Notes: a model not told the origin generated them from the sequence alone. 42,284 bases of DNA from Candidatus Stahliibacteriota bacterium CG08_land_8_20_14_0_20_40_26 (GCA_002774315.1 PEYP01000026.1:1-42284), one strand, 5' to 3'; counted from the first letter of the stretch, positions 9,848 to 20,679 are shown. Numbers and translations are program-made.

Positions 9848-10405
9848 ATGTTCAAGGCGGTCATATTTGACCTTGATGGTACGATACTTGATTCAAGGTA
9901 TGATTGGAAAAAGATAAGAGAGAATTTAAACCTGAACCAATACTCTATCCTTGACCAGCTCTATTCCCTACTTGATGAAGAAAGAGAAAAAAAAGAATCG
10001 CTCTTAAAAAGATACGAAAGGAAAGCCACGTCCAATGCATCGCTCTTCCCGGATGTAAAGGAAGTTTTACATACACTGAAGAAGATGGGGATAAAGACAG
10101 GCCTTTCTACAAACAATTCAATAGACAATACAAGATTTATAATAGAGAAATATGGTCTCGTATTTGACGGTATTGTCACGAGGGATGACGGTATATGGAA
10201 GCCTAATAAGGAACCTATTCTCATGCTTATGCAGAGGCTTGGCTCTACGCCTGATACTACGGTCATCATTGGAGATAGCGATTATGACATTCTCTCGGCA
10301 AGGGATGCCGGTATATCCTGTGCAATCCTCTGGAGAGGGAAGTCCTTAAAACACAAGCCGGATTTTATAATATACAGCATTCGAGATGTATTGGATCTAC
10401 TGTAG
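9848..10405 (+). CDS. HAD-superfamily hydrolase (phosphoglycolate phosphatase-like)
   Basis: HAD motif I is present as VIFDLDGTILDS. Later motifs STNN and IGDSDYDI are also present. Confidence 0.8.
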   Translation: MFKAVIFDLDGTILDSRYDWKKIRENLNLNQYSILDQLYSLLDEEREKKESLLKRYERKATSNASLFPDVKEVLHTLKKMGIKTGLSTNNSIDNTRFIIEKYGLVFDGIVTRDDGIWKPNKEPILMLMQRLGSTPDTTVIIGDSDYDILSARDAGISCAILWRGKSLKHKPDFIIYSIRDVLDLL

Positions 10406-10470
10406 GGCAAGGCTTTAGCCTTGCTACGAATCTTGGAAGTCGTCTAATAAATTAGATAAGTTGGTGATAT

Positions 10471-10935
10471 ATGTTATGTAATATATGCCATATCAAGGAG
10501 GCAACGCTTCACTATACGGTCGTGATGGGAGATACATCCACCACAATGTATATCTGTGAAGACTGTGCAAAGAATAAGGGGCTTCTACCCGCTTCAGGAC
10601 TTCCAATATTTAGACTCCTGCTAAACGATGCAAATATGGATCTCGTATGCAATCGTTGTGGACTTACCTTTAAAGAATTTGCGAAAACACTCAAGTTCGG
10701 ATGCAGCGGTTGCTATGATGTGTTTGGAAAAGATATCAAATCATTTCTTGAAAAACTTCAGGGAAGTCCGGTGCATAAAGGCAAATCTCTCGAAAAGGTA
10801 AATATAGAAACCCTTGAAAAGAGAAAGAAGATAATTGAATTAAAGAAGGCGCTTAAAAAAGCTATCGCAAAAGAGGCGTATGAGACGGCGTCAAAAATAA
10901 GAGATGAACTCGCAAAACTCGAAAATGCAGTTTGA
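10471..10935 (+). CDS. mcsA: protein arginine kinase activator McsA (zinc fingers plus UVR domain)
   Basis: It has CxxC pairs (CNIC, CEDC, CNRC, CSGC) and a C-terminal UVR-like helix (EAYETASKIRDELAKLE). It lies directly upstream of mcsB and overlaps it. Confidence 0.75.
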   Translation: MLCNICHIKEATLHYTVVMGDTSTTMYICEDCAKNKGLLPASGLPIFRLLLNDANMDLVCNRCGLTFKEFAKTLKFGCSGCYDVFGKDIKSFLEKLQGSPVHKGKSLEKVNIETLEKRKKIIELKKALKKAIAKEAYETASKIRDELAKLENAV

Positions 10936-11965
10936 AGATTTAATAGATACTCAACCGCTGTGGTTAAATGAGGAGGGGCTATCCAATGAGATAGTGCTTT
11001 CGTCACGGATAAGGCTTGCAAGGAATCTCGAGGGATACCGGTTCCCTACAAGGGCAAGAGAGAAGGAACTTGAGGATGTATCTGAACTCGTGAAGGATGC
11101 TGTAACTAAGTCTCCCTATTTTGCTAATGGACTTTCGTTCAAGACAAAACACCTATCTCAGTTGGATATTGAGTTTGTCAGGGAACGGCATCTTCTCTCC
11201 ACCAAGAAGAGAATCGTAGACTGCGTGGTAGGAAAGGGTGAGATAGTGAGCGTTCTGATCAATGAGGAAGATCACATAAGGATTCAATGTCTTGCATCAG
11301 GACTTAATATAAAGGCTGTATATCCCGTTATCTTTAAAATTGACGAGATACTCTCTTCCAACCTGACATACGCATTCAGGAACGACTTCGGATATTTGAC
11401 ATCCTGTCCTACCAACGTTGGTACAGGTATGAGGGTATCATGCCTCCTGCATCTACCCGGGCTTGTCCTGACAAAAGAGATAAATAAACTTTTGGATGAT
11501 GTAATGAGCCGTGGATTTTCGGTGAGGGGATTATACGGAGAGGGAAGCGAAATCGAAGGAAACTTTTTCCAATTATCCAATCAGATTACACTGGGTATAG
11601 ATGAGGAAGAGATTGCTACAAAGACAGAAAAGGAGATTAGGAATGTAATCGACCTTGAGAGAGAGACAAGAGATAAACTTATGAGAGAGGCCGGGGAAAG
11701 GGTAGAAGATAAGATATGGAGGTCATACGGCATATTGAAAAATGCGAGAATGCTATCTCAAGAGGAATTTGTAAATCTCTCATCCGCCGTGAGACTTGGG
11801 ATTGGAATTGGTCTAATTGACAACACCTATTTAAAGTTGTTAAATTATCTCCTGTTGTATACAGCCCCCGCTCACCTCCAAAAGATGAAGGGCAAAATTA
11901 TGGATGCGGATACAAGGGATATAGAGAGAGCAAACTATGTGAGAGAAGTGCTGAAGCGTACCTGA
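10925..11965 (+). CDS. mcsB: protein arginine kinase McsB (ATP:guanido phosphotransferase)
   Basis: The guanido-kinase active-site motif CPTNVGTGMRVS is present. The ATG at 10925 overlaps the mcsA stop; the ORF track's alternative start is 10904. Confidence 0.85.
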   Translation: MQFEDLIDTQPLWLNEEGLSNEIVLSSRIRLARNLEGYRFPTRAREKELEDVSELVKDAVTKSPYFANGLSFKTKHLSQLDIEFVRERHLLSTKKRIVDCVVGKGEIVSVLINEEDHIRIQCLASGLNIKAVYPVIFKIDEILSSNLTYAFRNDFGYLTSCPTNVGTGMRVSCLLHLPGLVLTKEINKLLDDVMSRGFSVRGLYGEGSEIEGNFFQLSNQITLGIDEEEIATKTEKEIRNVIDLERETRDKLMREAGERVEDKIWRSYGILKNARMLSQEEFVNLSSAVRLGIGIGLIDNTYLKLLNYLLLYTAPAHLQKMKGKIMDADTRDIERANYVREVLKRT

Positions 11966-12008
11966 GTACGAAGATATACATTTGCTCTTCAAATACTCAT
12001 CTATTTGT

Positions 12009-14528
12009 ATGAATAAGTTCACAATTACACCCCTTATAAGACAGTATAAGAGACTGAAACAGAAGGAGCCTGATGCTATACTATTCTTCAGGGTTGGTGA
12101 CTTCTATGAAACTTTCTATGAGGATGCCGTGCTCACATCAAAAACTCTGGGAATAGCACTTACCCAAAGACAGGAGGGTGTTCCGCTCGCAGGTGTTCCA
12201 CATCACAGTGCAAAAACATACATACAGAGGCTCGTATCCGGTGGATACAAAGTAGCTATATGTGAACAGCTTGAAGAGCCAAAGCCGGGTAAACTTGTAG
12301 AGAGAGACATCATGGAGGTAATAACACAAGGAACAGTGCTTGATGATATGCTTCTTAATGAGAAAAAGACAAACTTCCTCGCCTCTGTATATCCCGGGGA
12401 TAACAAATACGGTCTCGCTCTCCTTGACATCTCAACAGGTGATTTCAGGGTTACTGAACTTACAAGAGACGAACTTCTGGATGAAATAAGAAGGTTTGAG
12501 CCGAAAGAGATTATAATCCCCTCTGGTATAGATGAAATAGAGGTCAATAATATAGCAGTAAGCAGAATGGATGATTTTGAGTTTGACTACGAATATACCC
12601 TTAAAAACCTTCTCTCGCATTTTGGCATCCAGACACTGGATGGATTTGGATGCGGTGGGATGAGAGAAGGTATACAGGCAGCAGGTGCTGCCCTTTTCTA
12701 CGCCAAAAGGAATAAGAGAAAGGACCTGTCTTATGTAGAGAGGGTAAGTCCGTACTCAAGGAATGACTCGCTCGTTCTGGACGAACCCACAAGAAGAAAT
12801 CTTGAACTCGTGAGAAAACCCAACGGAGAGACAGACGGCACACTTCTCTCTATCCTGGATAACACTACTACACCAATGGGAGGAAGACTTTTGCGAGATT
12901 TTCTTATCTCTCCCCTCCTTAACCCTGAAGAAATAAGAGAGAGACAGGATAAAGTAAGTGTATTCTATAACAACCCATCATTCACAGCACAATTACGGGG
13001 TTTCCTCTCCCAAATGCCTGATCTGGACAGGCTTATAACAAGGTTATCATTGGAGAGAGTGAATGCGAGAGATGTTCTCTTTCTGGGTAGGGCGCTTAAG
13101 AAATTCCCCGAAATAAACAGATTCCTACCAGATTCCCTTTCTTCTTATAAGCTGGGTAATTTTGATGGCGTTGTAGAAGAGATAGAAAAAACAATTGTAG
13201 AATCCCCGCCTCAGACCATAAAAGAAGGTGGTATAATAAGAAGTGATGTAAACAAGGAACTTGATGAACTGAGAAATATCTCCAAAAATGTAAAATTATG
13301 GATAGCGGATTTCGAGAATACGGAGAGGCAGAGAACAGGTATAGGTTCACTAAAAGTTGGTTTCAATTCTGTATTTGGATACTACATAGAGGTTACAAGA
13401 CCAAATCTCCCAAAGGTGCCCGAGGAGTATGTAAGAAAGCAGACCCTTGCAAATGCAGAGAGATTTATCACACCTCAGTTGAAGGAATATGAGGCAAAAG
13501 TGCTGCAGGCGGATGAGAGAAGCAGGCTCTTAGAGTATGAGATATTCAAGGAACTGCGCGACAGACTGAAGAATTTTGTCCCTTCTATGAAGGAGGCATC
13601 TACGAAGATAGCGTATATTGATGTATTCTCTACACTCGCAAGCATTGCAAGGAGATATGGATATACAAGACCTGTGGTGGATGACGAAGACAGGATTGTT
13701 ATGAAGGATGCAAGACATCCGGTTGTTGAGAGACTTCTTAAAGAGGGTGAATTTATCCCGAATGATGTAAAACTTGATCTGGATGAGAGGGTGCTTGTAA
13801 TCACTGGTCCAAATATGGCAGGCAAGTCTACATATCTCCGTCAGGTTGCGCTCTGTGCCATACTCGCCCAGATGGGTTCCTATATACCTGCGATGGAGGC
13901 AAAGATAGGGATAGTTGACAGGATATTCACGAGGATTGGTGCCTCGGATGACCTCACCAAGGGGGTCTCAACATTTCTGGCAGAGATGACAGAGACCGCC
14001 AACATCCTGAACAATGCAACCAGAAGGAGTTTGCTTATATTAGATGAAATTGGACGGGGAACATCAACATACGATGGACTCTCTATAGCATGGGCGTCGG
14101 TGGAATATATTGTGAAGAATACAAAGGCAAAGACACTCTTTGCAACTCATTACCATGAGCTCACGGAGCTTGAGCGCCTTTCGGATGAGATAAAGAACTA
14201 TAATCTTGAATGCAAAAAGTGGAAAGACAAAATTATATTTTTGAGAAAGGTGGTAAGAGGAGGTTGCCCTCAGAGTTATGGTATAGAAGTGGCAAAACTC
14301 GCCGGATTGCCGAAAGATGTGATAGAAAGGGCAAAAAGGATTCTTGTATCGCTCGAGAGAGAGGAGAGGAGGGGAAGTTCTGAACGGCTTATGCAACCAC
14401 TCCAACTCGGTATTTTTGACGAAGTAAAGGAATCGGAAGTAGAGAGAGAATTGAAAAATATAGATATTGAGAAACTTACTCCCATAGATGCCCTGCTAAT
14501 TTTGAAGAAATTAAAAGATAAATTATAA
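12009..14528 (+). CDS. mutS: DNA mismatch repair protein MutS
   Basis: The N-terminus reads TPLIRQYKRLKQKEPDAILFFRVGDFYE. The Walker A motif is GPNMAGKST, and DEIGRGTSTYDG is present. I place the start at the ATG at 12009 (MNKFTITP...). Confidence 0.95.
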   Translation: MNKFTITPLIRQYKRLKQKEPDAILFFRVGDFYETFYEDAVLTSKTLGIALTQRQEGVPLAGVPHHSAKTYIQRLVSGGYKVAICEQLEEPKPGKLVERDIMEVITQGTVLDDMLLNEKKTNFLASVYPGDNKYGLALLDISTGDFRVTELTRDELLDEIRRFEPKEIIIPSGIDEIEVNNIAVSRMDDFEFDYEYTLKNLLSHFGIQTLDGFGCGGMREGIQAAGAALFYAKRNKRKDLSYVERVSPYSRNDSLVLDEPTRRNLELVRKPNGETDGTLLSILDNTTTPMGGRLLRDFLISPLLNPEEIRERQDKVSVFYNNPSFTAQLRGFLSQMPDLDRLITRLSLERVNARDVLFLGRALKKFPEINRFLPDSLSSYKLGNFDGVVEEIEKTIVESPPQTIKEGGIIRSDVNKELDELRNISKNVKLWIADFENTERQRTGIGSLKVGFNSVFGYYIEVTRPNLPKVPEEYVRKQTLANAERFITPQLKEYEAKVLQADERSRLLEYEIFKELRDRLKNFVPSMKEASTKIAYIDVFSTLASIARRYGYTRPVVDDEDRIVMKDARHPVVERLLKEGEFIPNDVKLDLDERVLVITGPNMAGKSTYLRQVALCAILAQMGSYIPAMEAKIGIVDRIFTRIGASDDLTKGVSTFLAEMTETANILNNATRRSLLILDEIGRGTSTYDGLSIAWASVEYIVKNTKAKTLFATHYHELTELERLSDEIKNYNLECKKWKDKIIFLRKVVRGGCPQSYGIEVAKLAGLPKDVIERAKRILVSLEREERRGSSERLMQPLQLGIFDEVKESEVERELKNIDIEKLTPIDALLILKKLKDKL

Positions 14529-14703
14529 TCATCAAGCACCAAATATAGTTAAGCACCAAACTACAAGCACCAAATTATTCACCCTGTTAGATGTTTACTA
14601 TCTAACAGGGCAGGCAATATTCAAATTCTAATGACCAAAATTCCAAACTGTTTCGAATTTATGATTTTGATATTGAAATTTGTTTGGGATTTATTCATTC
14701 ATC

Positions 14704-15459
14704 GTGATTATCGTAAAATCTGATAGAGAGATAGAAATAATGAAAGAGGGAGGAAAGATGGTAAAAGAACTCTTTCTACTGCTTAAAGAGAATGTAAAAG
14801 AAGGAGTTACTACAAAGGAACTGGATAGGCTTGCGGAGAGATTTATTAAAAAGAGCGGTGGTAGACCTGCATTCAAGGGATACGGCGGTTTCCCCGCAAG
14901 TATATGCACATCTGTAAATGAGGTCGTCATACATGGCATTCCCAGAAACTATGAACTAAAAGATGGAGATATAATAGGCATTGATGTTGGCATTTTGTAT
15001 AAGGGATATTTTACGGATACTGCGTATACATTTTCTGTGGGCAAGATAGATGGGCTAAAGGAGAAATTGATTGAAGCCACAAAAAAATCACTCTATGCTG
15101 CTCTGGATAAGGCAAGGGCGGGGAACAGGTTATCCGATATATCAAACGCGGTGCAGACATGTGTTGAATCCTGCGGTTTTTCAGTGGTGAGGGAGTTCTG
15201 CGGTCACGGAGTTGGCAAGGAACTGCACGAAGATCCCCAAATTGTAAATTATGGCCCACCGAATCGCGGTCCCATCTTGAAGGCTGGAATGACCCTTGCC
15301 ATAGAACCTATGATAAATGCAGGGGCTCCTGATGTGGCAATTTTAAAGGATGGATGGACAGTTGTAACGAAGGATAATAGTCCCTCTGCCCACTTTGAAC
15401 ACACGATTGCAATTGCTTCAGATGGAAAAGAGCCAATAATCATAACAGAATGGGAATAA
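14704..15459 (+). CDS. map: type I methionine aminopeptidase
   Basis: FCGHGVG and other MetAP metal-ligand motifs are present. The conserved N-terminus (M)IIVKSDREIEIM fits a GTG start at 14704. The ORF-track TTG at 14680 is also possible. Confidence 0.85.
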   Translation: MIIVKSDREIEIMKEGGKMVKELFLLLKENVKEGVTTKELDRLAERFIKKSGGRPAFKGYGGFPASICTSVNEVVIHGIPRNYELKDGDIIGIDVGILYKGYFTDTAYTFSVGKIDGLKEKLIEATKKSLYAALDKARAGNRLSDISNAVQTCVESCGFSVVREFCGHGVGKELHEDPQIVNYGPPNRGPILKAGMTLAIEPMINAGAPDVAILKDGWTVVTKDNSPSAHFEHTIAIASDGKEPIIITEWE

Positions 15460-15660
15460 GTTATTAAGTTATATCCGAAGTGGACAACCACACCAGACTG
15501 TACAGAAACTACGATTTGAGCTGGTAGCCGCAACTTTTAAGTTGCGTAAGTCTTGTAAAATTGTATCTTATGGACGCAAGCTAAAGCTTGCGACTAACAT
15601 TTTTTGCTTTTTGCACAGCCTGACAAGGGTTGTTCCTACAGGTAAATATAAGGAGGATAT

Positions 15661-16779
15661 ATGGCAAGATACAGAATAGCGTGGATGCCGGGAGATGGAG
15701 TTGGAAGAGATGTGATGGACGCAGCGAGGATAGTGCTGGACAAGATAAACCTTGATGCAGAATATATACCCTGTGATATTGGTTGGGAATTCTGGATGAA
15801 GGAAGGCAATCCCCTCCCTCAGAGAACCATTGATATCCTTAAAACGGTTGACTGTGCCCTCTTCGGTGCAATCACATCCAAACCAAAGGAGGAGGCAGAC
15901 AAGGAGCTCTCCACGGATTTGAAAGGAAAAGGTCTCACATATTATAGCCCAATAGTTGCCTTAAGGCAACTATTCGACCTCTATACGAATATGAGACCCT
16001 GTAAGGCATACCCTAACAATCCCTTAAATTATAGGGATGAGATAGACATAGTTGTGTTCAGAGAAAATACAGAGGGATTATACTGTGGGGTTGAATTCTA
16101 TCCAACTCCAATAGAACTAAAAAGTTATCTCCTGCAGAATCACAAAAAGATGGAGAGATTCAAGGATGTGCCCGGAGATGAACTTGCAATATCTATGAGG
16201 ATATTTTCAAAGAAAGGGTGCAGGAGAATCATCCGTAAGGCATTTGAATATGCAAAAAAGACAGGCAGGAGAAAGGTAACGGTTGTGGAAAAGCCAAATG
16301 TACTAAGGGAAACATCAGGAATGATGATAAGGGAGGCGAGAGATATTAAGAGAGAGTATCCGGATATTGAACTTGAGGAGACAAATGTGGATGCAATGTG
16401 TATGTGGCTTATAAAGAATCCGCAGAACTATTCGGTACTTGTTACATCAAATATGTTTGGAGACATAATTTCCGACCTGTGCAGTCAATTGGTGGGTGGA
16501 CTGGGATTTGCATCGGCAGGCAACATTGGTGACAGCCTTGCCATATTTGAAGCAACACATGGCTCTGCTCCAAAGTATGCAGGACAGTATAAAGTAAATC
16601 CAATAGCGACAATACTTGCAACGAAACTCATGCTCGAATGGCTCAGGGAAGGCGAGAATGCTACAAGACTGGAGAATGCCGTTGCAGAAACAATAAAGGA
16701 AGGCAAGATAAAGACATACGATATGGGAGGGAATGCATCGACCCTTGATATGGCAAAAACAATAGCGGGAAAAATATAA
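15661..16779 (+). CDS. isocitrate/isopropylmalate dehydrogenase family protein
   Basis: 372 aa with PGDGVGRDV, FRENTEGLY and NMFGDIISD motifs of the beta-decarboxylating dehydrogenase family. I cannot assign the exact substrate by eye. Confidence 0.8.
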   Translation: MARYRIAWMPGDGVGRDVMDAARIVLDKINLDAEYIPCDIGWEFWMKEGNPLPQRTIDILKTVDCALFGAITSKPKEEADKELSTDLKGKGLTYYSPIVALRQLFDLYTNMRPCKAYPNNPLNYRDEIDIVVFRENTEGLYCGVEFYPTPIELKSYLLQNHKKMERFKDVPGDELAISMRIFSKKGCRRIIRKAFEYAKKTGRRKVTVVEKPNVLRETSGMMIREARDIKREYPDIELEETNVDAMCMWLIKNPQNYSVLVTSNMFGDIISDLCSQLVGGLGFASAGNIGDSLAIFEATHGSAPKYAGQYKVNPIATILATKLMLEWLREGENATRLENAVAETIKEGKIKTYDMGGNASTLDMAKTIAGKI

Positions 16780-16783
16780 TTTT

Positions 16784-17710
16784 CTACCTTCCGCCTGCTT
16801 TGTGTGAATACACAGGAAGCCTCCGCTCCCATTCAACGACCAATCCTGCCACTATAACTATGGAGGAATAAGTTCCTATTATAACACCAATAAGTAAGGC
16901 GAGTGCAAAATCTCTTATCATCCTTCCGCCCAGGAGATAGAGCGCAAGGAGGACAAAAAGTGTTGTAAGGGATGTATTTACAGTTCTTGCAAGGTTTTGG
17001 TTCACACTCGCGTTGATTATTTCAGAAAAACTACGCTTGCCTCTCTCCTTCTTCAGATTGTCTTTCACTCTATCCGACAGAACTATTGAGTCATTTATTG
17101 AATACCCTATTATGGTGAGAAGTGCCGCAATTGTGGCTGATGAAAACTCTGCCCTTGCAAGTGAGAGTATGCCTATGGTTATCAGAACATCATGGAAGAG
17201 TGCAATGACTGAGGCAATACCAAACCTGTATGTAAATCTTACACTCACATATATAAGAATAATAACCATACCAAGTAGGACCACCCATATTGCCTTTGCC
17301 TGCAATGCCCTTGATATGACAGGTCCCACCATCTCTTCCCTCTCAATTCTCACACCATTGTCAGAAAATTTTTCATTTAAAACCTTGTTCAAAACAGTTC
17401 CCATACTCTTCCCTTCATACTCGGTCAGTCGCGTTCTTATCATATAATTATAATCCGCCTCCTTGACTCTTTGAATAACAGCATCCCCAAGTCCTACATC
17501 TGATATTACTGAACGTATACTCCCAATGTCAACATCCTCGTTAAAATGAACCTCAACGAATGAACCACCTGTAAAATCCAATCCGTAATTAAGCCCACTT
17601 TGAGTAGCAACTGAGATAATACCCACAACGAGCAACGCAAGTGATATTATAAATCCTTTGCGTCTGAAATCTATAAAGTTAATGTTAGTTTTTCCAAACA
17701 AACTCACCAT
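16784..17710 (-). CDS. secF: protein translocase subunit SecF
   Basis: 308-aa polytopic membrane protein with the GLDFTGG motif, located immediately downstream of secD. Confidence 0.9.
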   Translation of the reverse strand: MVSLFGKTNINFIDFRRKGFIISLALLVVGIISVATQSGLNYGLDFTGGSFVEVHFNEDVDIGSIRSVISDVGLGDAVIQRVKEADYNYMIRTRLTEYEGKSMGTVLNKVLNEKFSDNGVRIEREEMVGPVISRALQAKAIWVVLLGMVIILIYVSVRFTYRFGIASVIALFHDVLITIGILSLARAEFSSATIAALLTIIGYSINDSIVLSDRVKDNLKKERGKRSFSEIINASVNQNLARTVNTSLTTLFVLLALYLLGGRMIRDFALALLIGVIIGTYSSIVIVAGLVVEWERRLPVYSHKAGGR

Positions 17711-17720
17711 AGTTTCCCCC

Positions 17721-19277
17721 TTATATAGCTATCCTCTTCACTCCCGGTCTTGATGTAATATAATCAAGCAAGAGCCTCGTTATGAATATTGCAGTGAAAA
17801 AGTTACATAGTATGCCAATGGACAAGACAACTGCAAACCCTCTTATAGGTCCTGTGCCAAAATAATAGAGTACTATTGCCATAAGTAGTGTTGTGACATT
17901 CGCATCCAGAATAGTTCTGAATGCCCTCCCATATCCTGCACCTATCGCCGCTCTTGTGGTCTTGCCTGCAAGCAGTTCTTCTCTTATCCTCTCATATATC
18001 AAGACATTTGCGTCCACACTCGTCCCGATGATGAGGACTATACCCGCAATACCCGGCAGGGTAAGGGTAGCACCAAGACCTGATAGAAGAGCGAGCAGAA
18101 AGAATATATTCAATATAACTGCAAAGTTTGCAATCAATCCGCAGCCTCTGTAGTATATCGCCATAAATATGAGCACGAGGATTGTGCCCAGAATCATCGC
18201 CTTCCCTGCCTTTCTCACTGAATCTGACCCGAGTGTCGGCCCAACCGTGCGCTCTTCAATGGTTTCAAGAGGTGCAGGGAGTGCACCAGCCCTCAATATA
18301 AGCGCAAGGTCTTGTGCATCCTTGGTATCAGCGCCAGGCATCTCTATCATAGAGTTGCCTGTTGCTATACGTTCCACAACCCTCGGCGCAGACTGCGCAA
18401 TTCCATCCAGCACTATAGCAATCTGTCTATCTATATTTGCCCCTGTTATCATCGCCCATTTTCTTCTTGCCTCAGGCTTCATTGTTAAATCAACCCTCGG
18501 TGCAGTGGGATTCTTGGGTGTGCCAATTTGCATTCTCGCATCAACGAGCGCCTCACCCGTAAGCACAGATTGTCTCTTGACGATATATATCAATTTGTAT
18601 TTCATCCCGTCCTCTTCCTTTAACTTGGAAAAGAGAATTTCTACATCCCTTGGGATTACGCTTTTCACCTCTTCCAGCGATAGATATTTTTCAAGGATTG
18701 GTAGATCGTATTCTGCAATCCTTCCCCTGTAAACGAGCGAGAGAAACGGGTTTTGGGGGATAAGCGTGGTATCATAATCTGCCTGTTTCAACTCATACTC
18801 ATATACAATTCTATCAATATCCTTGACTATACGTTCAAGATTATCGGGAGATTCCACAAGTTTGAATTCCAAAAGGGCAGTCTTTCCTATAATCTCTTTG
18901 GCACGTTCTCTATCCACCACCCCGGGAAGCTGAATTACAATCCCATCCTCCCCTTGTCTTGCAATCTCTGGTTCTGCTACACCAAACTGGTCTATTCTAT
19001 TTCTTATTATCTCCAACGCCCTATCTCGCGCATCCCTTGCACTGATACCCTCGGGAAGCTTGTCTCTGTCTACTGAGATGACTATATGCATACCCCCTCT
19101 TAGGTCAAGTCCCAATTTGAGTGCCTTCTTCTCTATCTTCTTCACATAACTCTCCGAGAGTGTTTTTCTCATCTCGGGGGTGATAGAGAAGTTCCTTATT
19201 GTATACGAAAGTTGCCACAGAGAAATTCCAAGGGCAACTAAAACTATCATAAATTTCCATCCAAGGTTGGTTCGCAT
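17721..19277 (-). CDS. secD: protein translocase subunit SecD
   Basis: It has LGLDLRGG, a large periplasmic domain and C-terminal transmembrane bundles. The ATG at 19277 is preceded by GGAGGA. Confidence 0.9.
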   Translation of the reverse strand: MRTNLGWKFMIVLVALGISLWQLSYTIRNFSITPEMRKTLSESYVKKIEKKALKLGLDLRGGMHIVISVDRDKLPEGISARDARDRALEIIRNRIDQFGVAEPEIARQGEDGIVIQLPGVVDRERAKEIIGKTALLEFKLVESPDNLERIVKDIDRIVYEYELKQADYDTTLIPQNPFLSLVYRGRIAEYDLPILEKYLSLEEVKSVIPRDVEILFSKLKEEDGMKYKLIYIVKRQSVLTGEALVDARMQIGTPKNPTAPRVDLTMKPEARRKWAMITGANIDRQIAIVLDGIAQSAPRVVERIATGNSMIEMPGADTKDAQDLALILRAGALPAPLETIEERTVGPTLGSDSVRKAGKAMILGTILVLIFMAIYYRGCGLIANFAVILNIFFLLALLSGLGATLTLPGIAGIVLIIGTSVDANVLIYERIREELLAGKTTRAAIGAGYGRAFRTILDANVTTLLMAIVLYYFGTGPIRGFAVVLSIGILCNFFTAIFITRLLLDYITSRPGVKRIAI

Positions 19278-19324
19278 CGTTCCTCCAGAGTTAATAAGGA
19301 AGAGATGTGTCAAAAATCTGGCAA

Positions 19325-19353
19325 ATTATAACATAAATATTTCCCTATGTCAA
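19325..19353 (-). promoter_or_regulatory. sigma70-type promoter for secDF
   Basis: On the reverse strand: TTGACA, 17 nt, TATAAT. It lies about 45 nt upstream of the secD ATG. Confidence 0.65.
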
Positions 19354-19380
19354 GAAAAAACTTTGTTGCCGCAGTCTTAT

Positions 19381-20100
19381 TCACTCCCGTCTGCTTCCTC
19401 TTACATTTCCCTTTGCCCGCAGTTCTATTATCTCTCCTTCATTTATCATCATCTCTATATAATCACCACTCAGGCTGTCCTTATCTGTTACAACAACTGG
19501 CCTACCGAAGAACATCAACAAGTCTTTATCCATATAATAGCGGAGAGTATCTGAATAGACTTTAAATCTTCCCTTTGTGAGTGTGTTTCCCCTTGCTACA
19601 ACGAGTGTATCACCATACACTCTCAGCGTATCACAGGCAAGCTCAATGGTATCTTTCTCTGATTTGAAAAGCACATTACTCCAGACAACACCCTCTCTCT
19701 TTTCAAAATTATAAAATCCTTTGTCTCCTTCTATGCACTTGCCCCCACCCCAGATAATAAGTGAATCTTGTGCATACACCTCATTTCTCTCTTCGTATAG
19801 TGTCCCCTTTCCTGCGGTGAGCGTGTCTTCCCTCCTTTCTGCCCTCATCCTGTCCTCTATATAATATATCCTATCAAAGAAATATCTACCAAGACCGCCG
19901 TATATTACGAGGTCTTCCTTTTCTATCCTGAGGTTGCTCCATACCCTTACACTATCCTCTGTCACAAGTGCTCTATCTGATGTTACCGTTACAGTATCAA
20001 TTATGAGTTCCACATTATCGTACAGGTATGTATATGGCTCTATGTAAATAGAACTATCAGCCCTTGCCGTGTATGAAAGGAGGAAGAATAAGAATATCAT
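19381..20100 (-). CDS. OstA/LptA-like periplasmic beta-jellyroll protein (putative)
   Basis: It has a signal-peptide-like N-terminus and a repetitive beta-strand pattern. It overlaps the upstream LptC-like gene by 4 nt. The call rests mainly on context and pattern. Confidence 0.5.
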   Translation of the reverse strand: MIFLFFLLSYTARADSSIYIEPYTYLYDNVELIIDTVTVTSDRALVTEDSVRVWSNLRIEKEDLVIYGGLGRYFFDRIYYIEDRMRAERREDTLTAGKGTLYEERNEVYAQDSLIIWGGGKCIEGDKGFYNFEKREGVVWSNVLFKSEKDTIELACDTLRVYGDTLVVARGNTLTKGRFKVYSDTLRYYMDKDLLMFFGRPVVVTDKDSLSGDYIEMMINEGEIIELRAKGNVRGSRRE

Positions 20101-20606
20101 CTCTTTTCTCCTGTAGCTCTTACTTCTCTTATTTTGATCTCTGTAAGATTGGGGCTCGACTCAAAACCACTTCCCTTTATTACACCATCCTTTGTTATTA
20201 TTATCACACTATCCTTTGACACTATTTTTTCCCTCTCTTGCTCCCAGGAGAGTATTTCTGTCTTGAGTATCCTGCCCGATTCCATAGAGGTGACCACTAC
20301 ATTGCCCTTTGCCAACATATCACCAGAGGGGAATACATACCCCGAATCTGATGTAAGAACAGATGAAGTTTCTTCCTTGGTATCATAAAAAAAGAGATGG
20401 ACATCACATATAAGTGTAGTATCTCCATAAACATAAGCCCTTTCTGCACAAAGCCTCCACAACATCTTGCCTTTTATTGTCTCGACCACCTCAAACTTTC
20501 CTATTGTCTTATCCACCGGCCGTGTGTCCATCTTCTCAGACTCTCTCTCTCTCTTGCAGGAGAGAAGAAAGAGAAAAATTAACAGGACGATTCTTATCTT
20601 ACTCAT
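20097..20606 (-). CDS. LptC-like lipoprotein (putative)
   Basis: The start at ATG 20606 gives MSKIRIVLLIFLFLLSC, which contains a lipobox. This start avoids overlapping accA. It has a single beta-jellyroll-like domain and is paired with the OstA-like gene. Confidence 0.5.
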   Translation of the reverse strand: MSKIRIVLLIFLFLLSCKRERESEKMDTRPVDKTIGKFEVVETIKGKMLWRLCAERAYVYGDTTLICDVHLFFYDTKEETSSVLTSDSGYVFPSGDMLAKGNVVVTSMESGRILKTEILSWEQEREKIVSKDSVIIITKDGVIKGSGFESSPNLTEIKIREVRATGEKR

Positions 20607-20679
20607 ATATATAAAAAATACTGGCAGATACAGCGAATCTAAGATTTGCATGTGTGAAGATTTCCTTTGAAGAGGTTTA

